In this document: positions 47,682 through 54,447 of the stretch, piece after piece | How positions within the stretch are numbered: position 1 is the first letter of the stretch | How the letters are laid out: each line of letters begins with the position of its first letter | IMG/VR virus record: IMGVR_UViG_3300045579_000282 | Coordinates: 1-54,447 of that record | Origin: a virus | Lineage: Duplodnaviria; Caudoviricetes | DNA length: 54,447 bases | Reading direction: 5' to 3' (one strand) | Notes under the pieces: model-generated | Databases searched by the model: none | What the model was told of the DNA's origin: nothing | What the model saw: the letters and a program-made list of their open reading frames with translations, nothing else | Made by a program: the position numbers and the translations under genes

Positions 47682-48605
47682 ATGCAGAACTACACCGAAA
47701 TTCCATCCTCAACGACGCTGTCTGACTCGTTGTCTCAGATCCTGAACAACGACAAGACGGCGCTCTCACTCTCGAGCGGAACGTCTTTCCCGACGGTCAA
47801 CCTGCAACTGGGCATGCCGTGTTTCAGGACCGACGAGCAAAAGCTCTACATCCTCACGGTGGTCAGCCCTGCTTCGTGGAAGATGGTCATTGACCTCTCG
47901 GCCACTGTCGGCAAGGTGGCCAATGCGGACCTGCTCGATGGCATCGATTCCACCGGCTTTGCCTTGTCGGGGCACAACCATGACGCAGCTTATGCCGCGC
48001 TGGCCCACAACCACAATGCCGCCTATCTGGGCATCACGGCCAAGGCTGCTGATGCTGACAAGCTCGATGGCTATGACTCGACAGCCTTTGTGCGATCAGT
48101 CAACGGTTACGGGCCTGATGCCAATGGCAACTCCAGTGTGCCCATTGATCTTTCGAGCCGTGTGGCCAAGTCCGGCGACACCATGACTGGCACCCTCACG
48201 GCGCCCAGGCTGCAAATTGCAGGCACGGCCAATTATCTGGACATGGTGGATCAGGACTGGGGCACCCGGTATCTGCACCACAACCAGGGGCTCATGGGAT
48301 TTTTGAAATCCGATGGCAACTGGGACATGTACATGAACAACAGCGGTCAGATGTGGACAGCCAACTACGGATGGCTGCACGACTACTTCTTCAGCACCAT
48401 CGCTAACTGTTTCATCGGCAACTGCCCAGGCAACACGGGCAATTGCAGCCCAGTGGGCAACAACGCGACTTCTGTGGTTTCGAACTGCGGTAGCGCATCT
48501 TTTGTCCGCGATGAGCTGGTGGACAACGGCAGCCAGATTTCTGTTCGAAGAACCCAATACAACTTCAACTGCAACTGCAATTGCAACTGTGATTGCTACT
48601 GCTGA
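47682..48605 (+). CDS. Tail fibre-like protein with Asn-Cys-rich C-terminus
   Basis: Fibre repeats ADLLDGIDST/ADKLDGYDST, VAKSGDTMTGTL; 10 Cys in the last ~66 aa, ending NCNCNCNCDCYC. Confidence 0.75.
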   Translation: MQNYTEIPSSTTLSDSLSQILNNDKTALSLSSGTSFPTVNLQLGMPCFRTDEQKLYILTVVSPASWKMVIDLSATVGKVANADLLDGIDSTGFALSGHNHDAAYAALAHNHNAAYLGITAKAADADKLDGYDSTAFVRSVNGYGPDANGNSSVPIDLSSRVAKSGDTMTGTLTAPRLQIAGTANYLDMVDQDWGTRYLHHNQGLMGFLKSDGNWDMYMNNSGQMWTANYGWLHDYFFSTIANCFIGNCPGNTGNCSPVGNNATSVVSNCGSASFVRDELVDNGSQISVRRTQYNFNCNCNCNCDCYC

Positions 48606-48618
48606 TCCGGGGAAACAA

Positions 48619-49197
48619 ATGAGCGATTTGACCAAAATTTTCCCCGCTCCGGTGCTTCGCATCCAGGAGCTGTTGAGCCCCACTGAGGTTGAGCAGGCGA
48701 CCGAGCTGGCCATCAAGGCCAACGAGCGCCTCAATGACCATCAGGTCCCGTACTCCCGCACCTACCGAGACAGCCTGGACTTCATGTTCCCGGAGTTCTT
48801 CAAGCCCATATTCCGACGCCTGCGCCGCAGCATCGAGGACGAGTTCAAGTGCAGCGTCAGCAACATGGTGGGGCGCGAATCCATATTTCGCTACGGCCAG
48901 CACCTGCCTTTCCACACCGAGCCGCACGCTGATATTTCTTGCGTGCTGTGGCTGGACTTCCCCGCAAAACCCGATCCATCCAGGCGCGACTATTCGGGCA
49001 TGTTCTGCCTGCACAACCCGCACCTCCTGTTTGGTGGCCGCGCAACAGCCGTGTTTGGCAACATCAACCACATGGAAATGCCATCGCCTGGTGATGCCTT
49101 CGTTTTTCCCTCCCACATGCCGCACTTTGTGTTCCCGTACAACGGTGAGCGCCCTGGCGTGGAACTTCACTTTGAGATGCTTGCGGAGGCTGCATGA
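48619..49197 (+). CDS. Putative 2OG-Fe(II) oxygenase (double-stranded beta helix)
   Basis: H-x-E (FHTEPH) then SCVLWL and GDAFVFPSHMPHFVFP distal His, resembling the TIGR02466-like oxygenase pattern; ATG at 48619. Confidence 0.7.
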   Translation: MSDLTKIFPAPVLRIQELLSPTEVEQATELAIKANERLNDHQVPYSRTYRDSLDFMFPEFFKPIFRRLRRSIEDEFKCSVSNMVGRESIFRYGQHLPFHTEPHADISCVLWLDFPAKPDPSRRDYSGMFCLHNPHLLFGGRATAVFGNINHMEMPSPGDAFVFPSHMPHFVFPYNGERPGVELHFEMLAEAA

Positions 49198-49895
49198 AGC
49201 TCGTTACCTTCAATGTCAGCGTCGATGAAGAAAAGGCGGTGCGTGTAGAGCAAACCGCTGACGGCTACACAGTTTCCTTTGCTGGCGCATCCATCAACAT
49301 CGGCGTGCAACTTTTCAAGCAGGGCGAGCTGCAGTTCCTGATGTATGGCAAGCAGTATCAGAGCGAGGTTATTGGCATCGTTTCTCAGCGCGAATATGTC
49401 GACAGCCGAGATGGTCTGACGATCCTGGCTCAGCACGGCCTGACCGATGGCCTGGGCTGGTTCTACTTCGGTGAGACCGCCGAAGAGGCCTGTCTGTGCA
49501 TCACCAAAGCCATGACGACGCAATGCCCATTCGGCATCGTGCAGCCGGGTAAGCCCCGTGATGTTCTGCCAGGCATCTTCCCCGACAGCGAAAGGCTGGG
49601 GGTTCGGAACCTAGCAAAGATCGCGCTGCTGCGCAAACTCAACCCGCTCGACAGCCTTGCCGCCCTGGAAAAACAGGTCGACTTGCTCAGTTCCCTGGTC
49701 ATCCAACTGGCCAACCTGGTGCCTGGCCAAGAAGACATCGCCTTGATTAACCACCTCCAGCACATCATCAACGATGCCAGCGCCAATGCGGGCAAGAGCG
49801 ACGATCAAACCGTCGCCAGCGTGTTGTCCTTCAAGATGGCCCTGCGCCAGGCGCAGGCCGATTACTTCGCTGCACGCGACGGAGCCACATCATGA
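49194..49895 (+). CDS. Hypothetical protein coupled to oxygenase and radical SAM genes
   Basis: ATGA overlaps on both sides; beta-rich N-terminus, helical/coiled C-terminus. Confidence 0.7.
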   Translation: MKLVTFNVSVDEEKAVRVEQTADGYTVSFAGASINIGVQLFKQGELQFLMYGKQYQSEVIGIVSQREYVDSRDGLTILAQHGLTDGLGWFYFGETAEEACLCITKAMTTQCPFGIVQPGKPRDVLPGIFPDSERLGVRNLAKIALLRKLNPLDSLAALEKQVDLLSSLVIQLANLVPGQEDIALINHLQHIINDASANAGKSDDQTVASVLSFKMALRQAQADYFAARDGATS

Positions 49896-51265
49896 CCAAA
49901 TTCATCGTCACTACCATCAACCCCGACAACGAACAACTTACCCGTTTTCACTATGACAATGCAACCAGCGAATTGACCCGCGAATCTGGTGAGCCTGTGG
50001 TTCATGCGGTCGAAGTCGCTGAGCGCGTAGAGGCTCCAGCAGTCTCCAAGCAGGCACCGCTGAACAAAACCAGCCCCCGCATCCTCAAAATTAGCCTTGG
50101 CCTGTCTTGCAACTACGAGTGCGAATACTGTTCGCAGCGTTTTGTTCCGCGCTCAGTCGAAACCAACCACGGCGATGTGCAGGCCTTCATCGACGGCCTC
50201 GACGCCTGGGTGACGAGCACGCCTGAGAAGGTCGAGTTCTGGGGTGGCGAGCCCCTGGTCTACATCAAGACCATGCGCCCCCTGGCCGAGGCCATCAAGG
50301 CCAAGTTCCCCAAAGCAGAGCTGTCGGTCATCACCAACGGCTCGCTGCTGAGCGATGACATCAACGAATGGCTTGACCGCATGGGTTTCAATGTCGGTAT
50401 CTCGCACGATGGCCCTGGCCAGCATGTGCGCGGCCCTGATCCCCTACAAGACCCCCAGCAGCGGGCCGCCATCATGGCGCTGTACGCCCGGTTGGCCCCG
50501 CAGCGGCGTATCAGCTTTAACGCGATGGTCAATCGCAAAAACGCATCGCGCGCCGCCATACAGCGCTTTTTCATCGAGCTGACTGGCGATCCCAGGGTGC
50601 CCATTGGTGAGGGCTGCTTTGTTGATGCCTATGACGAAGGCGGCATTGCCCTTTCGCTTCAGCCGTATGAGTTGCACGCCTACCGCAGTCAGGCCTTTCA
50701 CGAAATCCGTACTGGCCAGGCCGCCAACGTCCAAGCCGTGAATAGCAAGACGGCCAGCTTCGTCAATTCCATCCGAAGCCGCCGCCCGGTATCCAGTCTG
50801 GGCCAGAAGTGCGGCATGGATAAGTCCGACAGCATCGCAGTTGACCTGCGCGGAAACGTCCTGACCTGCCAGAACGTGAGTGCAGCCAGCACCGCACCCA
50901 ATGGCCAGGCCCACCGCATTGGCCGTGTAACTGATTTGGCTGGAGTCAAGCTCGACACGGCCACGCACTGGAGTAAGAGGGCGGACTGCCCGAATTGCCC
51001 GATGCTGCAGATTTGCCAAGGCTCCTGCATGTTCCTGGAGGGGCCCCTTTGGGATCGATCCTGCGACAACGCGTTCTCTGATGCTGTGCCCATCTTTGCC
51101 GCTGGCATCGAATTCCTGACCGGACAGGTACCGGTGCACATTGAGGGCATGTTTCGGGAGGACCGCAAAGACATCTTCGGTATCTCTGGTCAAGGGCTCA
51201 ACAACCAGGGTGCTACCCCGAAGCCAGCAAGAAAACCTTTCCCGATCCCGGTCGTCTCCGTTTAA
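49892..51265 (+). CDS. Radical SAM/SPASM-domain protein
   Basis: CNYECEYC (CxxxCxxC), WGGEP, ITNG, SHDG; SPASM cysteines CGM..TCQN..CPNCPMLQICQGSC..C. Confidence 0.92.
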   Translation: MTKFIVTTINPDNEQLTRFHYDNATSELTRESGEPVVHAVEVAERVEAPAVSKQAPLNKTSPRILKISLGLSCNYECEYCSQRFVPRSVETNHGDVQAFIDGLDAWVTSTPEKVEFWGGEPLVYIKTMRPLAEAIKAKFPKAELSVITNGSLLSDDINEWLDRMGFNVGISHDGPGQHVRGPDPLQDPQQRAAIMALYARLAPQRRISFNAMVNRKNASRAAIQRFFIELTGDPRVPIGEGCFVDAYDEGGIALSLQPYELHAYRSQAFHEIRTGQAANVQAVNSKTASFVNSIRSRRPVSSLGQKCGMDKSDSIAVDLRGNVLTCQNVSAASTAPNGQAHRIGRVTDLAGVKLDTATHWSKRADCPNCPMLQICQGSCMFLEGPLWDRSCDNAFSDAVPIFAAGIEFLTGQVPVHIEGMFREDRKDIFGISGQGLNNQGATPKPARKPFPIPVVSV

Positions 51266-51287
51266 CCACTTCAACTTTTCGTTTCAC

Positions 51288-51317
51288 GGCCGCCATGGTT
51301 TGCCCTGGCGGCCTTTT
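51288..51317 (+). terminator. Terminator-like hairpin after radical SAM gene
   Basis: GGCCGCCA/TGGCGGCC 8-bp stem followed by TTTT. Confidence 0.55.
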
Positions 51318-51332
51318 CATTTGGAGTAATCA

Positions 51333-51716
51333 ATGCCTGAACCTACAAGCTCTGGAGTCGCAGGAGCGGCTGCCGCCTACAAAGCCATTGGGGGTGCTGC
51401 TGGAGCGGCCGCTGGTGGTGCCACCCTGGCGGCGGTTGTCGTGATGCTCATGACGCCACCCAGAACCATTCGCGAATGGACGGTCGGCTTGATCAGCACT
51501 GTCGTATCGAGCATCTGTGGCGGCGCAATCACCGTCGAGTATTTCCAGCTGCATCACTGGGCGTTTTCAACGATCGGTCTGTATGCCATGGGCGGGGTGA
51601 TCTTTGCTTGTGGCTTGCCGGGTTGGGCGATGGTGCGCTGGTTGTTCAACTTCATCGACGAGCGACGGGATGCATCGATTGACCAGGTTGCCAAAGATGT
51701 GAAGGAGCTGCTGTGA
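51333..51716 (+). CDS. Putative holin
   Basis: Several hydrophobic segments and charged C-terminus; immediately precedes endolysin; GGAG RBS. Confidence 0.7.
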   Translation: MPEPTSSGVAGAAAAYKAIGGAAGAAAGGATLAAVVVMLMTPPRTIREWTVGLISTVVSSICGGAITVEYFQLHHWAFSTIGLYAMGGVIFACGLPGWAMVRWLFNFIDERRDASIDQVAKDVKELL

Positions 51717-52177
51717 TACCTGCCGAGTTCATCATGCGGCTATCTAAGCCAGCAATGGAATCCCAGCAAAAGTCTGGGGTTCCTGCCAGCATCACGATCG
51801 CTCAGGCGGCACTTGAGTCTGCCTGGGGTGAGTCAGGCCTTGCTAAAGCTGGGAACAACCTTTTTGGGATCAAGGCCGACAGCCGGTGGAGGGGCGAAAC
51901 GCTGACCTTAAACACTCGGGAGTTCATCAAGGGGCAATGGCTTGTTGTTCCAGCCAAGTGGCGAAAGTACGCCAGTTGGCAGGCCAGCATCGATGACCAT
52001 GCTGCATTCCTCAGAGGCAATCCACGCTATCAGCCATGCTTCCTGTGCCAGACCACTGGGGCATTTGCGCGTGCGCTGCTCAAGGCTGGCTACGCGACCG
52101 ATCCCTCCTATGCAGACAAGCTGCTCGGTTTGATTGCCCAGCACAAGCTCTTGGCCTTGGATCTGGAGTCGAAATGA
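51713..52177 (+). CDS. Endolysin, GH73 glucosaminidase (FlgJ-like)
   Basis: AQAALESAWG, NNLFGIKA, GYATDPSYADKL. Confidence 0.92.
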   Translation: MIPAEFIMRLSKPAMESQQKSGVPASITIAQAALESAWGESGLAKAGNNLFGIKADSRWRGETLTLNTREFIKGQWLVVPAKWRKYASWQASIDDHAAFLRGNPRYQPCFLCQTTGAFARALLKAGYATDPSYADKLLGLIAQHKLLALDLESK

Positions 52178-52689
52178 GCTGGCTCACTCGTTTACTGATC
52201 TCCAACTGGAGCCTGGCCCTGGCTCCCATCTTGTTGCTTTTCATCTGGCTAAGTGGCGTCTGGGTAGGGGAGGGGCGCACCCAACGGGCGTGGGATGCCG
52301 AACGGCATCAGGCGGAGCTTGCTCAAGCCCGTGAGCAACAGAAGATTGCTGACATTAAACGCTCACAGGAGCAAATCAACCATGAAATCTCAAAAGAATT
52401 CAATCAACGATCTGTGCAGTTGGCTGCTGATTTGCAGTCTGGCAGCTTTGTCAGGATGCGCGGCAGCGCCGCAGACGGTGTCGGGGGCGTGTCCGCCGTT
52501 CCCGCAACCTCCGGCGCCGTTGCTCCAGCCGCCTCCAACTCTGTACCTGTTGCCCCCAGAGATGAGGGAACGATGAGCTGTGAGCGACTTGGCGAGGATG
52601 CTGCCAAGGCCACGCTCATGCTTGTTGAACTTCAAAAATGGGTTCAAGAGATGGGAGCGTTGGTCAGGGTGAATGAACCCAGCTATTAA
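52174..52689 (+). CDS. Rz: Inner-membrane spanin (Rz-like)
   Basis: N-terminal TM helix then coiled coil; ATGA overlap with endolysin. Confidence 0.75.
   Translation: MSWLTRLLISNWSLALAPILLLFIWLSGVWVGEGRTQRAWDAERHQAELAQAREQQKIADIKRSQEQINHEISKEFNQRSVQLAADLQSGSFVRMRGSAADGVGGVSAVPATSGAVAPAASNSVPVAPRDEGTMSCERLGEDAAKATLMLVELQKWVQEMGALVRVNEPSY
52382..52576 (+). CDS. Rz1: Outer-membrane lipoprotein spanin (Rz1-like), nested in Rz
   Basis: Alternative frame; lipobox LSGC followed by Pro-rich CPPFPQPPAPLLQPPP. Confidence 0.75.
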   Translation: MKSQKNSINDLCSWLLICSLAALSGCAAAPQTVSGACPPFPQPPAPLLQPPPTLYLLPPEMRER

Positions 52690-52899
52690 GTCCGTTCAAC
52701 TTGCAAGTTGTTCAAGAAAAAAACGACTCAATCAACCCGTAGAAAACTTGCAATTCATTCGATTTCAGGCCTTCATGTCCAACATAATGTCACTGGTGAA
52801 TTGCATTGTAATTTCATGATGCGAAACAAATGCTGAGCTGGTGCAAGTGTCTGCTCAGACAGTTTGCCGGGTGACAATTACTCTGCAAGATTAAATTTA

Positions 52900-54447
52900 A
52901 TGGAACAAAAAAGCGGCATCCCAGTTATTGATCTTTTCGCTGGACCAGGTGGTCTTTGCGAAGGCTTTGCATCTCTTGTTCGTGGCGGAACACGTGAGTT
53001 CGACATACGTGTTTCGATTGAAAAAGATCCCGTGGCTCACAGGACCCTTTCACTGCGGGCGCTGTTTCGGTCATTTCCGGTTGGCAAAGTACCAGAGCCG
53101 TACTACCAATACATAAGGGGAGAGATCTCTCGCAATCAGCTTGAAAACGATCCAGCGGTCAAACCATTTGTTGCCAAGGCATACAGCGAGGCTCGCTGTG
53201 CAGAGTTGGGCAAGGATGACCACAGTGAAATTGATGGATGGATCCGCGAGGGGCTTGCTGGAGCAAAGGACTGGGTCCTGATTGGTGGTCCTCCTTGTCA
53301 GGCCTATTCCCTAGCCGGTCGCGCACGGATGCGCGGCAGCAACCCCAAAGAGTTTGAAGCTGACAAGCGGCATTTCCTTTATCGCGAGTACCTTCGGATC
53401 ATCAAGGAGTTTTCTCCTTCTGTTTTCGTCATGGAGAACGTGAAGGGGATGCTGACTTCCCAGCACTCGGGGTCACCAATTTTCGACCGCATTCTTGGTG
53501 ATCTTCGGTCTCCCGGAAATGGGCATGAATATCTCATCCGCTCATTTATTGTTCCAGGTGAAATTCAGAACCCCGATGACTTCGTCATCAAGTCAGAGGA
53601 ACTTGGAATTCCGCAAAGTCGACATCGGGTGATTCTTTTTGGTATCAGGGCTGACGTTGCTGACTCCGTCCCAGACCTGATCCAACATCCCGAAAGATTC
53701 AGCCTCGCTAAGGCGCCACGAGTTACTGCACGGGAAGCACTGGATGGATTGCCTGCGCTTCGCAGCAAACTGTCAAATCGATTTGACGGAATGCCCGACT
53801 CCATTGCTAATTGGCAGAAAGCTCTCGTAAATGGCCTGAAGATCCTTGAAAAGAAAAGGAGCGGTGTGCCTATTCGGGTCCTCGAGCGAGCTCAATGGGC
53901 GGTGACTAAGTCATGGATTCACAAGTCAACTGGCGGCTTGTTTATCAAGTCAGATGTGTCAATGGGTGGAGCCCTGGCATCCTGGTATCAGGATGCCAGA
54001 ATTGGTGGGGTTACTCTGCACGAGACACGGAGCCATATGGAGTCCGATCTTCATCGGTACCTCTTTGCATCTTCATTCGCTCGTGAGGAAAAGCGATCTC
54101 CAAAACTGCGAGATTTTCCCGATGCAATGCTTCCGAGTCATGAAAACGTGAATAGTGATTCAACTCCATTTGTGGATCGATTCCGTGTCCAGCTACGCCA
54201 CCAGCCATCCACAACGATCGTGTCCCATATTGCCAAGGATGGGCACTACTACATTCATCCCGAGCCCTCGCAGTGCCGGAGCTTGACGGTTCGAGAGGCT
54301 GCGCGCTTGCAGACGTTCCCCGATAACTATTTCTTCGAGGGTAACCGAACGCAGCAGTACCACCAAGTGGGGAATGCTGTCCCGCCGCTGTTGGCCCGGA
54401 AAATCGCTGAAATTGTCCTCAGACTGTTGCAGTCGGCCCGACGTTGA
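52900..54447 (+). CDS. dcm: DNA (cytosine-5) methyltransferase
   Basis: DLFAGPGG, GGPPCQ, ENVKG, QSRHR, REAARLQTFPD, QVGNAVPP motifs. Confidence 0.95.
   Translation: MEQKSGIPVIDLFAGPGGLCEGFASLVRGGTREFDIRVSIEKDPVAHRTLSLRALFRSFPVGKVPEPYYQYIRGEISRNQLENDPAVKPFVAKAYSEARCAELGKDDHSEIDGWIREGLAGAKDWVLIGGPPCQAYSLAGRARMRGSNPKEFEADKRHFLYREYLRIIKEFSPSVFVMENVKGMLTSQHSGSPIFDRILGDLRSPGNGHEYLIRSFIVPGEIQNPDDFVIKSEELGIPQSRHRVILFGIRADVADSVPDLIQHPERFSLAKAPRVTAREALDGLPALRSKLSNRFDGMPDSIANWQKALVNGLKILEKKRSGVPIRVLERAQWAVTKSWIHKSTGGLFIKSDVSMGGALASWYQDARIGGVTLHETRSHMESDLHRYLFASSFAREEKRSPKLRDFPDAMLPSHENVNSDSTPFVDRFRVQLRHQPSTTIVSHIAKDGHYYIHPEPSQCRSLTVREAARLQTFPDNYFFEGNRTQQYHQVGNAVPPLLARKIAEIVLRLLQSARR

Larger units (their letters stand above)
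11462..52689. mobile_element. Siphovirus-like prophage (serine integrase, P4-type primase, HK97 head, lambda-like tail); left end may extend to ~5770
   Basis: Ordered integration, replication, packaging, head, tail and lysis modules with no obvious broken ORFs; exact att sites not established. Confidence 0.9.

Noticed and set aside
48400-48605. AAC-codon-rich fibre 3' end resembling a diversity-generating retroelement TR/VR
   Set aside because: No reverse transcriptase and no second near-identical copy seen in the window; the Asn codons are explained by the NC protein repeat.
49892-51265. Radical SAM as a 7-deazaguanine (QueE) DNA-modification or viperin enzyme
   Set aside because: It has a SPASM cysteine set; no queC/queD/folE/dpdA genes are present; and it sits in the tail operon rather than the DNA metabolism region.

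Overview
About 54 kb of accessory DNA, probably from a betaproteobacterium (inferred from gene content, not tested). Most of it (core 11462-52689, possibly extending left to ~5770) is an apparently intact siphovirus-like prophage. It has a large serine recombinase/DUF2924 integration module, an AlpA-like HTH and P4-type primase-helicase, a ParB-DNA methylase, HNH/terminase, an HK97-type head, a lambda-like tail (M/L/K/I/J) and holin/endolysin/Rz-Rz1 lysis genes. Likely defence cargo sits in and around it: a Ser/Thr kinase + TPR pair, a Fic toxin with a hybrid antitoxin, a second serine recombinase, a 1694-aa Avs-like nuclease-STAND NTPase, a HEPN-motif protein, an AbiE pair and a C5 DNA methyltransferase. 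The most striking feature is a cassette between tail tip J and the holin. A tail fibre ending in an Asn-Cys-rich tail (..NCNCNCNCDCYC) is directly followed by a 2OG-Fe(II) oxygenase-like gene, an unknown gene and a radical SAM/SPASM enzyme, which suggests RiPP-like post-translational modification of a virion fibre. Second, no cI-like repressor is visible. Instead a near-consensus LexA box overlaps a sigma70 promoter driving two unknown genes, one with a Zn finger and a winged-helix-like C-terminus, and 11-bp-spaced repeats precede the early operon. All family assignments come from motif recognition by eye; no database searches were run.
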